Below are positions 10,006 through 20,460 of a DNA stretch of 64,000 nucleotides, one piece after another (position 1 is the first letter of the stretch; each line of letters begins with the position of its first letter). The DNA comes from an uncultured Actinomycetes bacterium. Its GTDB lineage: Bacteria > Actinomycetota > Thermoleophilia > UBA2241. Below the pieces are notes generated by a model. It did no database searches. It worked only from the letters and a program-made list of their open reading frames with translations, and was not told the origin of the DNA. A program made the translations under genes and the position numbers. The stretch lies in NCBI GenBank assembly GCA_963755025.1, contig CAVWIH010000011.1, forward strand, positions 64,001 to 128,000, in the 5' to 3' direction.

Positions 10006-11438
10006 CAGCTCTCCCTCTGGTCTGTCGCTGTCGGTGAATGCCACCAGCCGGATTCGGCGGCGCCGACCCGCACCCTGCCCTCGGCCATGCGGGCCTGCAG
10101 CTTGCCGCGCACGCGGCGGCTTTCGGCGCGGATGGCCAGCCGGTCGAGTCGCAGGAAGTCGCCCTCGCGGTAGAGGGTCTCGCCGGCCACGCAGGTGAAC
10201 AGCACGTCGTCTTGATTGGCGCCGTACACGAGCGCCGAGTAGGGATCGTCGATCGGCAGAAAGTGCGAGCTCGAGACGTCGACGGCGATGAGGTCGGCCT
10301 GTTTGCCGGGCTCGAGCGAGCCGACGCGGTCGTCGAGCCCCAGCGCCTCTGCCCCGCCGAGCGTGGCGATACGGACGCACTGCGCGGCGTTCAGCACGCG
10401 CACGTCGCGTTCGACGCCGCGGTGCAGGAACAGGGCAGTGCGCATCTCGTCGAACATGTCCATGATGTTGCTGGCCGCCGGGCTGTCGGTGCCGAACCCG
10501 ACGCGCACGCCCTGGCGCAGCAGATCGGGCAGCGGCGCTATGCCGCAGCCCGTCTTGGCGTTGCTCTTGGGGCAGTGGGCCACGGCCGCCCGCTTGGCCT
10601 TGAGTATGCGGATGTCGTCGTGGCTGGCGTGCACGCAGTGCACCGCCAGGAAGTTCTCGTCGAACACGCCGAACTGCTGCAGGTACTTGATGGGGCTCAC
10701 GCCGTAGGGCTGGATGAGCATGCGCTCCCAGCCCATCTTCTCGCGGTAGTCGTGGGCGAACTTGCCCGAGCCCGAGCGTATGTAGGTGACCTCTTCTTTG
10801 CTCTCGGCGACGTGGCTGGCGACCTTCATGTGGCGCTCGCGGGCGAAGCCGGCGAGGGTCTGGAAGAGGCGGCTCGAGACGGTGTAGGGCGCGTGCGGCG
10901 CTATGCCTATCTCGAGGCGCGGGCCGGCCAGTTCCTGGGCGCGGGTGAGGCGCTCGCTCAGGTCGGCGATAGTCTCGTCTAAGCGCTTGTCGTCGATGCC
11001 GAAGACCTCGAGGTAGGCCACGCCGCGCAGGCCGGCCTGGGCCGAGGCGGTGAGGGTCTCGCCGGTGTAGGTGGTGTCGGCGATCGTGGTGACCCCCGAG
11101 GCGAGGGCTTCGAGGGCGCCCAGCCGGGCGCTCGCCAGGTATTCGTCGGGCGTGAGCGAGGCCTTGACGTCGATCAGGCTGATGATCCAGTCGCCGAACT
11201 GCTCGTCGTCGAACATGCCGCGAAAGCTGGTGTACTCGAGGTGGCTGTGGGCGTTGACGAAGCCCGGCATGAGCACGGACTGGTCGAAGTCGACCAGATC
11301 GGCGCCGGGGCAGGCGGCGCGCACGTCGTCGAGCGGGCCGACCGCGACGATACGTTCGTCGTCGACCGCCACCGCGCCGTTCCTGACCGGCGGGGCGGTG
11401 ATGGGCAGGAGCCATTCGGCCCGATAGATCGTGGTCAT
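10005..11438 (-). CDS. Amidohydrolase, MTA/SAH deaminase-like
   Basis: PGFVNAHSH, APHAPYTV, HVAES, HCPKSN and GTDS metal-binding motifs. Confidence 0.88.
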   Translation of the reverse strand: MTTIYRAEWLLPITAPPVRNGAVAVDDERIVAVGPLDDVRAACPGADLVDFDQSVLMPGFVNAHSHLEYTSFRGMFDDEQFGDWIISLIDVKASLTPDEYLASARLGALEALASGVTTIADTTYTGETLTASAQAGLRGVAYLEVFGIDDKRLDETIADLSERLTRAQELAGPRLEIGIAPHAPYTVSSRLFQTLAGFARERHMKVASHVAESKEEVTYIRSGSGKFAHDYREKMGWERMLIQPYGVSPIKYLQQFGVFDENFLAVHCVHASHDDIRILKAKRAAVAHCPKSNAKTGCGIAPLPDLLRQGVRVGFGTDSPAASNIMDMFDEMRTALFLHRGVERDVRVLNAAQCVRIATLGGAEALGLDDRVGSLEPGKQADLIAVDVSSSHFLPIDDPYSALVYGANQDDVLFTCVAGETLYREGDFLRLDRLAIRAESRRVRGKLQARMAEGRVRVGAAESGWWHSPTATDQRES

Positions 11439-11695
11439 ATGACGCCGTCCGGAGCTGTAGCGGGTAACGAACGAAGAAATGGCCCGTGGCGCGCGCCCCG
11501 GACCACCAAACCGTGAGTATAGGCGATTGCTCGCGAGCCGCGCAATGAGGGCGGCCCGACGGCATGGACCGCCGTCGAGCACAGGCCGACGGTCCGCACG
11601 CCTGAGCGGCGCACGGACTATAATCGAACCACCGACCAGGGGGCCGGCTCGCCGCCGGCGCCCACACGCGATAGATCGGAAGGCGAGGGCCGCCC

Positions 11696-12043
11696 GTGAC
11701 CGAGAACACCGACAAGAGCTACTCGCCCGAAGTCATCTCGACCTACGTGTGGGACGCGATCAAGGGCCTGCCCGGCCTCGCCGACCTGCACCGCAGCACG
11801 CTGCAGTCGCTCGGCGAACGCGTGCACTTCGAGCGCATGGGGCCTGTGCGCATCGACGAGCACGAAGGGCGTCGCGTGCTCGACCTGCACGTCGTGATCA
11901 CCCCGGCGGCGCGGCTGCCCGAGCTGGTGCCGCAGATGCGCACCGCAGTGCGCTCGTACCTGCACAGCATGACGGGCATCGACGTCGATGCCGTCGAGAT
12001 CCACATCGACGACATCGTCTGGGAACCCACGACGGGCGCGTGA
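11696..12043 (+). CDS. Asp23/Gls24 family envelope stress protein
   Basis: SPEVI start and VRSYLHSMTGIDVDAVEIHIDDI end typical of the family. Confidence 0.8.
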   Translation: MTENTDKSYSPEVISTYVWDAIKGLPGLADLHRSTLQSLGERVHFERMGPVRIDEHEGRRVLDLHVVITPAARLPELVPQMRTAVRSYLHSMTGIDVDAVEIHIDDIVWEPTTGA

Positions 12044-12630
12044 ACTGCGTCGACCTGAGCGCGACCAGCCGCGAGCTGCTGCCCCCGGGTTGCGAGTCGT
12101 GCACGTGGTGGCAGCCGCAGCCCGGGGCGCCGCAGGCGCAGTCGCGCGCCGACTGGGAGGCCGCCGTCGAAGCCGAGGCCGGCATGTTCGGACGCGCGCT
12201 GCTCGACGGCCCCGACGTGCTCGGCTGGATGCAGGTGGTGCCGGCCGCCCTGGTGCGTGGCGGGCTGCCGACCGGCGCGCCCTCGCCCGACTCGTACCTT
12301 CTGGCCTGCGCCTTCTTTTACGACGAGGCCTTTCTGCCCGGCTTTCAGATGCTGCTGCAAGACGTCGTGGCGGCCGTGAAGCTGCGCCGCGTGGTGGCCC
12401 TCGAGGCCTACGGGCTGCGGCACACGAGCCCCGACCAGCGCTTCGTCGGGTACCTCCACGAGCTCAACCTCTTCAACGCTCACGTGTTGGAGGGCAGCGG
12501 CTTCTCGCGGCTGCGCACGTCGGGCCGGGTGGGCCGCTACCGCCTCGAGCTCGAGACCCTGGTGGCGGCGCCGCGGCGCAGCCGCGCCATCGAGCAGCCC
12601 AAGGCGGCGCCGGCGACGATCCCGGCGTAG
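12040..12630 (+). CDS. GNAT-like acetyltransferase (CxxCxxW type)
   Basis: LLPPGCESCTWWQ, GWMQV and VVALEAYG; GTG overlaps the upstream TGA. Confidence 0.65.
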   Translation: MNCVDLSATSRELLPPGCESCTWWQPQPGAPQAQSRADWEAAVEAEAGMFGRALLDGPDVLGWMQVVPAALVRGGLPTGAPSPDSYLLACAFFYDEAFLPGFQMLLQDVVAAVKLRRVVALEAYGLRHTSPDQRFVGYLHELNLFNAHVLEGSGFSRLRTSGRVGRYRLELETLVAAPRRSRAIEQPKAAPATIPA

Positions 12631-12690
12631 CGGGCGGAGGGCGGCGACCAGGCGGGCGGCGCGGCGCGCCACGGCGCGGCCGCAGGCGGC

Positions 12691-13953
12691 CTAGCGGAAG
12701 AGTCGCGGCAGGCGCTGCTTCCAGTCGGCGGGCACGATGGCGTCGAGCGCGTCGTCTAAGGTGACGATGCCGATGAGGCGGCCGTCGGCGTCGGTGACCG
12801 GCAGCGCCAGCAGGTCGTACTTGGTCATGAGCCGCCCGACCTCGTCTTCTTCGGTGTCGACCGCGGCGCGCGGCCAGTCGGGGTTCATGAGCGCTTCGAG
12901 GGTCTGCTCGGGGGGCGCCAGCACGAGCTCGGGCAGGCTGAGCGCGCCGGCCAGCCGGCCCTCGCCGTCGACCACGAAGATCGCCGCCAGCGCCGTGTCG
13001 CCGGGCTGCTGCTCGCGGATGCGCACGAGCGCCCCGGCCGCGTCGAGCGCGCCGGGCAGGGCGACGACGTCGGTCGTCATGAGCGCCCCGGCGGAGTGCT
13101 CGGGGTGACTCGCCAGGCCGCGCAGCGCCAGCGCGAGGTCGGCCGGCAGGCGGGCGAGGATCTCTTCGACGATCTCGTCGGGCAGGTCGGCCAGCATGTC
13201 GGCGGCGTCGTCGGGCTCGATGTGCCCTATGACCGCCGCGGCGCGCTCGCGCGGCATCTCGGCCAGGGCCGCCGAAGCGAGCTCTTCGTTCATCTCTTCG
13301 AGGGTGTCGGCGGCCAGCGGCGCGTTCAGGGCGGCCAGCACGGCGGCGCGCTGCCGGGGGCCGACCTGACCGACGATGTCGGCGAGGTCGGCGGGGTGCA
13401 GCTTGGCGATCTCGGTGAAAGCGTCGATGAAGTTGGCCTGCGAGAGGCGCACCGAGATGAGGTTGACGTCGGTCCAGGGCACGAAGTCGCCGGGGCGCGC
13501 CGCCAGGCGGCGCGACAAGAAGCCGAGCCCCATGCGCCGCATGACGGCGCCGCTCGAGGCGTCGACGCCGCCCACCACGAGGGCGTCGTCGCCCACCCGC
13601 AGGACCACGTCCTGCACGCGCACGAACTTGCGACGCTCCACGTCTAAGACCTGGTTGTCGAGCACGGCGTCGACCAGGGCGACCTCGTCGCCCGACACCG
13701 AGGCGGGTTCGAGCTCGCCGACCGCCGCGGTGAGCATGAGGCGGCGGCCGTCGACGTCGATCTCGCCGATCTGCGCCCACGAGGCGCGCAGCTGTTCGTC
13801 GTCGCGCCCCACGATGAAGGCGGTGACCGCGGGGGGCTCGCTCGACAGCGAGGCGAGCACGTCGAGCAGTTCGCCCAAGTCGGCGCCGCTGGCGTCGACG
13901 ACGGTCATGGCCTCGAGCTCGGAAAGCGCTAATCGGCCGGGGTCGGCATCCAC
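12691..13953 (-). CDS. MgtE intracellular N-domain/CBS protein (no TM domain)
   Basis: LHPADLADI, PDDAADML, SAGALMTT and tandem CBS ending LIGIVTLDD. Confidence 0.85.
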   Translation of the reverse strand: MDADPGRLALSELEAMTVVDASGADLGELLDVLASLSSEPPAVTAFIVGRDDEQLRASWAQIGEIDVDGRRLMLTAAVGELEPASVSGDEVALVDAVLDNQVLDVERRKFVRVQDVVLRVGDDALVVGGVDASSGAVMRRMGLGFLSRRLAARPGDFVPWTDVNLISVRLSQANFIDAFTEIAKLHPADLADIVGQVGPRQRAAVLAALNAPLAADTLEEMNEELASAALAEMPRERAAAVIGHIEPDDAADMLADLPDEIVEEILARLPADLALALRGLASHPEHSAGALMTTDVVALPGALDAAGALVRIREQQPGDTALAAIFVVDGEGRLAGALSLPELVLAPPEQTLEALMNPDWPRAAVDTEEDEVGRLMTKYDLLALPVTDADGRLIGIVTLDDALDAIVPADWKQRLPRLFR

Positions 13954-14133
13954 GAACCTGTGGTCGTCCTTTCTTACGCGAACAGCGGGGGAGCCGCTCA
14001 AGATATCGGCGCTCAGGGCGGCTGTCAAACATGGCCGCGGAGGGTCGATTGACCCCCCCCGCCCGGGTCTATTACGCTCCCTCTCCGAGGGATCCGGAGG
14101 GGGTCTCAAAACCAGCAGCACAGGAGGAGTCGC

Positions 14134-15624
14134 ATGTCAGTGGGGTCCGACACCGTCACCCCGGTTCAAGCGCCCGGCGGGGGAGCACTCGAGCGCTTTT
14201 TCAAGTTCAAGACCAATGGGACCACGCTGCGGCGCGACACGATCGCCGGCCTCACGACCTTCATGGTCATGTCGTACATCATCTTCGTGAACCCTTCGAT
14301 CCTGAGTTTCGCCGGCATCCCCAGCCTGGCGCACAAGGGACTGCCGTTCGCCGCCGTGCTCACCTCGACCTGCCTCGTGGCTGCCGGCATGACGCTCTTC
14401 ATGGGCCTCTTCACCAACCGCGCGTACGCCCTGGCGCCCGGCCTCGGCATCAACGCCGTGGTCGCCTTCAGCCTGGTCGCCGCCGGCGGCCTCACCATGC
14501 CGCAGGCTATGGGCATCGTCGTGATGGAAGGCATCGTCATCACGATCCTCGTGCTGACCGGGCTGCGCACGGCCATCTTCAAGGCCATCCCGCTGCAGCT
14601 CAAAAAGGCGATCGCCATCGGCATCGGCTTCTTCATCTTGTTCATCGGCCTGGTCGACGGCGGCGTCGTGATCATCGGCACGCCCTCGAGCACGCCGCTG
14701 CTCCTCGGTAACCTGATCGGCGTGCCGGTGGCAGTCACCATCTTCGGCCTCGTCGTCACCATCATCATGCTGGCGCGCAAGTGGAAGGCTGCCATCCTGC
14801 TGGGCATCCTCTCCTCCACGATCTTCGCCATCATCCTCAACTACGCCTACCACAAGAACCCGTTCGGCACCGAGACCGCCGTCATTCCCCACAAGATCTT
14901 CGCCGCCCCCGACTTCAGCATCGTGGGCCACTTCAGCTTCGGCGCGTTCTCCAAGCTCGGCATCGCCGCCACGATCCTCTGGGTCTTCAGCCTCATGCTG
15001 TCCGACTTCTTCGACACCATGGGCACGCTGATCGGCGTGGGCGGCCAGGCCGGCTACCTCGACAAGAACGGCGACCTCCCGCAGGTCGTGCGGCCCCTGG
15101 TCGTCGACTCCATCGCCGCCATCGCCGGCGGCGTCGTGTCGTCGTCGTCGGCCACCACCTACATCGAGTCGGGCTCGGGCGTGGGCGTCGGCGGACGCAC
15201 CGGCTGGGTCGGGGTGATCGTCGCCCTGCTGTTCGCGGTCGCCATGTTCTTCTCGCCGATCGCCGGCGTGGTGCCCGCTAACGCGACGGCGCCCGCCCTG
15301 ATCATCGTCGGCTACATGATGATGCGCACCCTCACCGAGGGCGAGGGCATGGCCGAGCACGAAGACAGCGGCCACAAGAAGGCCTTCTCGGGCATCGACT
15401 TCTCCGACCTGGCGTTCGGCCTGCCGGCCGTGCTGACCATGACCATCATGCCGCTCACCTACAGCATCACGAACGGCATCGGCGCCGGCTTCATCGCCTA
15501 CGTCATCATCCGCGTCTCGCAGGGCAAGGCCAAGGCCGTGAGCTGGATGATGTACGCGGCCGCCATCGGGTTCCTCATCTACTTCATGTTCCCGTTCATC
15601 CGCCAGGTCTTCAACCTGGGCTGA
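14134..15624 (+). CDS. NCS2/AzgA family purine (guanine/hypoxanthine) permease
   Basis: AGLTTFMVMSYIIFVNP, DFFDTMGT, TTYIESGSGVGVGGRTG and PLTYSITNGI; AGGAGG RBS. Confidence 0.93.
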   Translation: MSVGSDTVTPVQAPGGGALERFFKFKTNGTTLRRDTIAGLTTFMVMSYIIFVNPSILSFAGIPSLAHKGLPFAAVLTSTCLVAAGMTLFMGLFTNRAYALAPGLGINAVVAFSLVAAGGLTMPQAMGIVVMEGIVITILVLTGLRTAIFKAIPLQLKKAIAIGIGFFILFIGLVDGGVVIIGTPSSTPLLLGNLIGVPVAVTIFGLVVTIIMLARKWKAAILLGILSSTIFAIILNYAYHKNPFGTETAVIPHKIFAAPDFSIVGHFSFGAFSKLGIAATILWVFSLMLSDFFDTMGTLIGVGGQAGYLDKNGDLPQVVRPLVVDSIAAIAGGVVSSSSATTYIESGSGVGVGGRTGWVGVIVALLFAVAMFFSPIAGVVPANATAPALIIVGYMMMRTLTEGEGMAEHEDSGHKKAFSGIDFSDLAFGLPAVLTMTIMPLTYSITNGIGAGFIAYVIIRVSQGKAKAVSWMMYAAAIGFLIYFMFPFIRQVFNLG

Positions 15625-15645
15625 CCTTCGCGCGGTAGCACCGAC

Positions 15646-15691
15646 GCGGAGGGCGGGGCGGCCTGGCGGCCGCCCCGCCCTCCGCTTTTTT
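15646..15691 (+). terminator. Rho-independent terminator
   Basis: GCGGAGGGCGGGGCGGCC...GGCCGCCCCGCCCTCCGC stem followed by TTTTTT. Confidence 0.85.
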
Positions 15692-15704
15692 GTCGGGGCT
15701 CTCC

Positions 15705-15784
15705 CCCGCCGCCGCCTCGGCGACCGCCCGTACGGCCGCTCGGTAAGCGCCTCCCGCCGCCGCCTCGGCGACCGCCCGTACGGC
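15705..15784. repeat. Perfect 32-nt direct repeat x2 (15705-15736 and 15753-15784)
   Basis: CCCGCCGCCGCCTCGGCGACCGCCCGTACGGC twice, 16-nt spacer. Confidence 0.85.
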
Positions 15785-15826
15785 GACGCCGGGGGCCCGC
15801 GGACGACGTGGTAAGCTCCCCGGACC

Positions 15827-16822
15827 ATGACCGTCGTTTATCTCCTGGCCGCCCTCGCCATCATCCTGCTGTCCGCCGAGCTGTTCACGAACGGCGTCGA
15901 GTGGTTCGGGCGGCGGTTCGAGCTCGGCGAGGGCGCGGTGGGCAGCGTGCTCGCCGCGGTCGGCACGGCGCTGCCGGAGACCCTCATCCCGGTCATCGCC
16001 ATCCTCTTCACCCACACGTCGGGCTCGCACGACATCGGCATCGGGGCCATCCTCGGGGCGCCCTTCATGCTGTCGAGCCTCACTATGGTGGTCACGGGCA
16101 CAGCCGTCGTGGTCTTCTACTTTCGCGGACGGCGCTCGCTCGATTTTTCGGTGAACGAGCCGGTGCTGCGCCGCGACCTCTCGTTCTTTGTGGTCGCCTA
16201 CGGCCTCGCCATGATCGCCGGCGCCATTCCGGTGCATCACTTCAAGTGGATCCTGTCGCCCTGCCTCATGGCCGCTTACGGCGTGTACGTGTGGCGCACC
16301 ATGAAGGGCGGCGGTCAGCTAGAGGGCGAGACCAAGCCGCTCTACTTTCACCGCCACCCGGTCATGCCGCACCGCCGGCGCATCATCTTGCAGGTCGTGG
16401 TGGCGACGCTCGGCATCATCATCGGGGCGCGCTTCTTCGTGGGCCAGGTGCAGCACGTGAGCTCCACGCTGGGGCTCGACCCGCTGATCGTGTCGCTCAT
16501 CCTGAGCCCGCTCGCCACCGAGCTGCCCGAGAAGTTCAACTCGGTGATCTGGGTGCGCCAGGGCAAGGACACGCTGGCGCTGGGCAACATCACGGGCGCG
16601 ATGGTGTTCCAGAGCACGTTCCCGGTGTCGATCGGCCTGATCTTCACGTCGTGGGAGCTCACGCGCACGGGCCTCATCAGCGGGGTGCTCGCCCTGGTCT
16701 CGGGCTCGGTCTTTTACCTGCAGCTACGCATACGGCACAAGCTGACCTGGTTCACCTTAGCCGGCGCGGGCTCGATGTACGCGATCTACCTGATCTACGT
16801 GATCTTCATCGCCAGGGTCTGA
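15827..16822 (+). CDS. Sodium:calcium antiporter (CaCA family)
   Basis: Alpha repeats AVGTALPE and PLATELPE; LALGNITGA. Confidence 0.9.
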   Translation: MTVVYLLAALAIILLSAELFTNGVEWFGRRFELGEGAVGSVLAAVGTALPETLIPVIAILFTHTSGSHDIGIGAILGAPFMLSSLTMVVTGTAVVVFYFRGRRSLDFSVNEPVLRRDLSFFVVAYGLAMIAGAIPVHHFKWILSPCLMAAYGVYVWRTMKGGGQLEGETKPLYFHRHPVMPHRRRIILQVVVATLGIIIGARFFVGQVQHVSSTLGLDPLIVSLILSPLATELPEKFNSVIWVRQGKDTLALGNITGAMVFQSTFPVSIGLIFTSWELTRTGLISGVLALVSGSVFYLQLRIRHKLTWFTLAGAGSMYAIYLIYVIFIARV

Positions 16823-16979
16823 CGGCGCGCGAACGGCAGAGCGCGCGAACGGCACGGCGGCGGAACGGCAGAACGCGCCAGCGGCAGGGCGCGAGCGGCA
16901 GAAGGGGCGAACGACGAAGCGGGCGCGTCGGGCGGCGAAGCCCTGAGACCGGCGACTCGAGCGGCGCGGGGTCGCGCGA

Positions 16980-18959
16980 CTACTGCGTGACCCAGATGGT
17001 GACCGTGCTGCCGGCCGGCGCCGAGCCGCTGCTGGGGCTCTGCTTGTAGACGAACCCCGAACCGAGGCTGCTCGGTCCCTTCTTGATCGCCACCACGAAG
17101 CCGTCGTTGGTGAGGGTCTGCTCGGCCAGGGTCTGCGGCTCGGTGACCACGCTGGGCACCGGGACCGGCGTGCCGGTCGGGCTGCCCGAGGTGGTCGGCG
17201 TGGGAGTGGGCGTGCCGCTGCTGATCGTGAACGACACCGTGGCGCCCCTGGCGACGAGCACGTTGGCCGACGGGCTCTGACTGACCACCTGTCCGACCGG
17301 CACGGAGCTGCTCGTCGTCGAGTTGATCGTGCCGACGAGCAGTCCGGCGTTCTGGATGGCGGTGGTCGCCTGACTCTGGTCGAGCCCCGAGAGGTCGGGC
17401 ACGCTGACCTGCGGCTGGCCGCGACTCACCCAGTAGTCGACGGTGTCGCCCCGGTTGACCGTGACCCCGGCCTGCGGGCTCTGCTTGTAGACCTCGCCCT
17501 TGGGCACGGTCGTCGAGCTGCCCGCGTGCTCTTTGCCCACCAGACCGTTCGCAGCGAGGTAGGTCTTGACGGCGGCCGGCGTGAAGCCGGTCAGGCTCTC
17601 GAGTGTCGTCGAAGCCCTGCCGCGGCTCACCCAGATGTCGACCATGCCGCCCTTGGCCAGCTTGGCGCCGCTCGGCGGCTGCTGGCGGGTGACGAGCCCG
17701 ACGCCGTACTGGTCGGAGTAGTCGTTGTGGACCGTGACGGCAAAGCCGGCGGTGCGCAGCTGCGTGGTGGCGGCCGCCTGGGCCTGGCCCACGACCGAAG
17801 GCACGCCGGTGGTGGTGGCGCCGAAGAACGAGCGCCACACGAAGGCGCCGGCCACCGCGGCGATCACAAGAAAGGCGATCACCGCGATCCAGGGCCACAC
17901 CGAGCGTTTGCGGCGCCGGCCGTCGCGGCCGTTGCCGCCCTGGCCGTTGCCGCGACCGTTCGTGGTGCGGCCGTTCGCGGCGGCGGTACCCGCCGCCGCG
18001 CCCGCGCCGGCCGCCAGGCCGGCGCCCACGGCGGCCTTGGGCAGCACGCGCGTGGCGCCCTCGTTGCCGGCCGGCGACTGCACGATGGTGCGCTCCATCG
18101 ACGGGTCGTAGGTGGCGGCGAGCAACGGCCCGCCGCTGCGCGCCGACACGAGGTCGGCGCTGAACTCGGCGGCCGTGCGGTAGCGCAGGTCGGGGTCTTT
18201 GGCGAGCGCCTTGATCACGATCTGGTTGAGCGAGTACGGCAGCCCGGGCACGAGCTCGACGGGCTCGGGCGGCTGTTCGTTGACGTGCTTCAGGGCCACC
18301 GTGACGGCGCTGTCGCCGCGGAAGGGCAGCGAGCCGGTGAGCATCTCGAAGACGACGACGCCCACCGAGTACAGGTCGGTGCGTTCGTCGACGGGCTCGC
18401 CCTTGGCCTGCTCGGGCGCCAGGTACTGGGCGGTGCCCAGAATGGAGCCGGCCTCGGTCATCTGCGAGTCGTCGGCCTTGGCGATGCCGAAGTCGGTGAC
18501 CTTCACCGCGCCGCTCGTGTCGATCAGGATGTTCTGCGACTTGATGTCGCGGTGCACGATGTGGTTGGCGTGGGCGACCTCGACGGCGCCGAGCAGCTCA
18601 AGGGCTATGCGGACGGCCTCGCCGGGGCCGTAGCGGCCCTCGCGGCGGATGTGGTCTTTGAGCGTCTCGCCCTCGACGTACTCCATGACGATGTAGTACG
18701 TGCCGTCGACCGGGCCCCAGTCGTAGATGTTGACGATGTTGGGGTGGTTGATGCGGGCCGCGGCCTGGGCCTCGCGGCGAAAGCGCTCGACGAACTGGGC
18801 GTCGCCCGCGTAGCGCTGGAGCAGCACCTTGACCGCCACGCGCCGGCCGAGCGTCGTGTCTTCGGCAAGGTAGACGTCGGCCATGCCGCCCGCGCCGAGC
18901 TTGCGCAGCACGCGGTAGCGGCCGGCGATGACCTGTCCTTGTTCGAATCCGTCCGTCAA
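16980..18959 (-). CDS. pknB: Ser/Thr kinase with PASTA domains
   Basis: [20 protein letters not shown] and YLAPEQ; TM helix then about 4 PASTA repeats. Confidence 0.96.
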   Translation of the reverse strand: MTDGFEQGQVIAGRYRVLRKLGAGGMADVYLAEDTTLGRRVAVKVLLQRYAGDAQFVERFRREAQAAARINHPNIVNIYDWGPVDGTYYIVMEYVEGETLKDHIRREGRYGPGEAVRIALELLGAVEVAHANHIVHRDIKSQNILIDTSGAVKVTDFGIAKADDSQMTEAGSILGTAQYLAPEQAKGEPVDERTDLYSVGVVVFEMLTGSLPFRGDSAVTVALKHVNEQPPEPVELVPGLPYSLNQIVIKALAKDPDLRYRTAAEFSADLVSARSGGPLLAATYDPSMERTIVQSPAGNEGATRVLPKAAVGAGLAAGAGAAAGTAAANGRTTNGRGNGQGGNGRDGRRRKRSVWPWIAVIAFLVIAAVAGAFVWRSFFGATTTGVPSVVGQAQAAATTQLRTAGFAVTVHNDYSDQYGVGLVTRQQPPSGAKLAKGGMVDIWVSRGRASTTLESLTGFTPAAVKTYLAANGLVGKEHAGSSTTVPKGEVYKQSPQAGVTVNRGDTVDYWVSRGQPQVSVPDLSGLDQSQATTAIQNAGLLVGTINSTTSSSVPVGQVVSQSPSANVLVARGATVSFTISSGTPTPTPTTSGSPTGTPVPVPSVVTEPQTLAEQTLTNDGFVVAIKKGPSSLGSGFVYKQSPSSGSAPAGSTVTIWVTQ

Positions 18960-19020
18960 AAGCTCCTCGCCTTCAACTTACCACACCGGCTCATCGACTC
19001 CTGCCCGGCCGAGCCGCCGC

Positions 19021-20451
19021 TCACGGCAGCGCGGGCTGGGCCAGCGCCGCCTTGATGACCTGCGCCGCGAGCGGCGCGGCCACGTCGCCGCCGGTGAACT
19101 GCGTGTTCTCGATGGTCACCGCGACGGCGATCCTGGGATGGTCGGCCGGCGCGAAGGCGATGAACCAGGCGACGTTGCTGTTGCCGCGCTGCGCCGTGCC
19201 GGTCTTGCCCGCCACCTGGATGCCCGACAGGGCGGCGGCGGTGCCGGTGCCGGCGTTCACGACCTGCTGCATCATGACGTTCAGGGTCTGCGCGGTGGCC
19301 GGCGTGGTGGCGATCGTCCACAGGCTCGGCTGCGCGCGCTGCAGCACCGCGCCCGAGGGCGCCGTGACGCGCTGCACCAGGTAGGGCTTCATGACCCGGC
19401 CGGCGTCGGCCACGCCGGCGGCCACCAGCGCCATCTGCAGCGGGGTGGCCAGCACGTTCTCCTGACCGACGGCGGCCCAGGCCACGTCGAGCGGGTTCAT
19501 GGCGGCGCCGGCCGACAGCAGGTGGGGGCCCTTGAAGCGGCCGCTCGGGTAGACCATGCCGCGCGGCAGCTCGAGCGGCGGCGTCTGGTAAAAGCCGTAG
19601 GCCCGCATCTGCGCGATAAGCGCCTGCTGGCCGATCAGCGTGCCCACCTTGGCGAAGGTCGTGTTGACCGAGTCGGTCAGGGCCTCGGTGAAGTCGTGCG
19701 TGCCGAAGACCTCGCCGTGGTAGTTGGTGACCTTGCCGCCGTAGATGGCGTACGTGCCGGTGTCGTCGAAGCTCGTGGTCGGCGTGACCTTGCCCAGGTT
19801 GAGCGCGGCGGTCGCGGTCACCACCTTGAACGACGAGCCCGGCGGGTAGAGGCCCTGCGTGACGCGCGACAGCAGCGGCGCGCCGGCGTCTTTGGAGAGG
19901 CGTGCGAAGCTCGTGTCGATCGTCGCCGGGTCGTAGCTGGGCGCCGAGGCGGCGGCGATGATCGCGCCGGTGCTGGGGTCGAGCGCCACGATGGCCCCGA
20001 CCTGCGAGCCCAGGGCGCTCTGCGCCACCTTCTGCACGGCCGGCACGATGGTGAGCCGCACGTTGGCGCCCGGGCTGTGGCGGCCGAGCACCTTGTCGAT
20101 CAGCCCCTGCGTGCCCAGGTCGGCGCCGCTCAGGTAGGCGTTCATCGACGACTCTATGCCGGTCAGCCCGTAGCGCACGCTGTCGTAGCCCACGATCTGC
20201 GGCGCCAGCGGGCCCTGCGGATAGGTGCGCGAGTAAAAGCCCGAGCGCTGCGCGTCGCCCACGATCGTCGAGCCGTCGAAGCCCTGGATGAGGCCGCGCT
20301 TGACGCGCAACTGCTGGGCGATCAGGCGGTGGTTCTCGGGGGCGTGCTGCAGCGCCTTGGCGTGGAAGACCTGGAGCCACACGAGGTTGCCCATGAGGGC
20401 GATCATGAGGAGCGTCCCCACGAGGAAGATGCGATTGATGGCGCGGTCCAT
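19021..20451 (-). CDS. pbpA: Class B penicillin-binding protein
   Basis: SSFK (SxxK), SVN and KTGTA motifs. Confidence 0.93.
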   Translation of the reverse strand: MDRAINRIFLVGTLLMIALMGNLVWLQVFHAKALQHAPENHRLIAQQLRVKRGLIQGFDGSTIVGDAQRSGFYSRTYPQGPLAPQIVGYDSVRYGLTGIESSMNAYLSGADLGTQGLIDKVLGRHSPGANVRLTIVPAVQKVAQSALGSQVGAIVALDPSTGAIIAAASAPSYDPATIDTSFARLSKDAGAPLLSRVTQGLYPPGSSFKVVTATAALNLGKVTPTTSFDDTGTYAIYGGKVTNYHGEVFGTHDFTEALTDSVNTTFAKVGTLIGQQALIAQMRAYGFYQTPPLELPRGMVYPSGRFKGPHLLSAGAAMNPLDVAWAAVGQENVLATPLQMALVAAGVADAGRVMKPYLVQRVTAPSGAVLQRAQPSLWTIATTPATAQTLNVMMQQVVNAGTGTAAALSGIQVAGKTGTAQRGNSNVAWFIAFAPADHPRIAVAVTIENTQFTGGDVAAPLAAQVIKAALAQPALP

Positions 20452-20460
20452 CGGCTCCCC

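Noticed and set aside
14030-14133. Purine riboswitch upstream of the NCS2 permease
   Set aside because: Only a short CCCTCTCCG/CGGAGGGG hairpin and a possible TTGACC promoter are present; the conserved purine-aptamer junction sequences are not seen.
16822-16920. Degenerate GAACGGCA repeats between convergent genes
   Set aside because: Low-complexity intergenic slippage with no supportable function.
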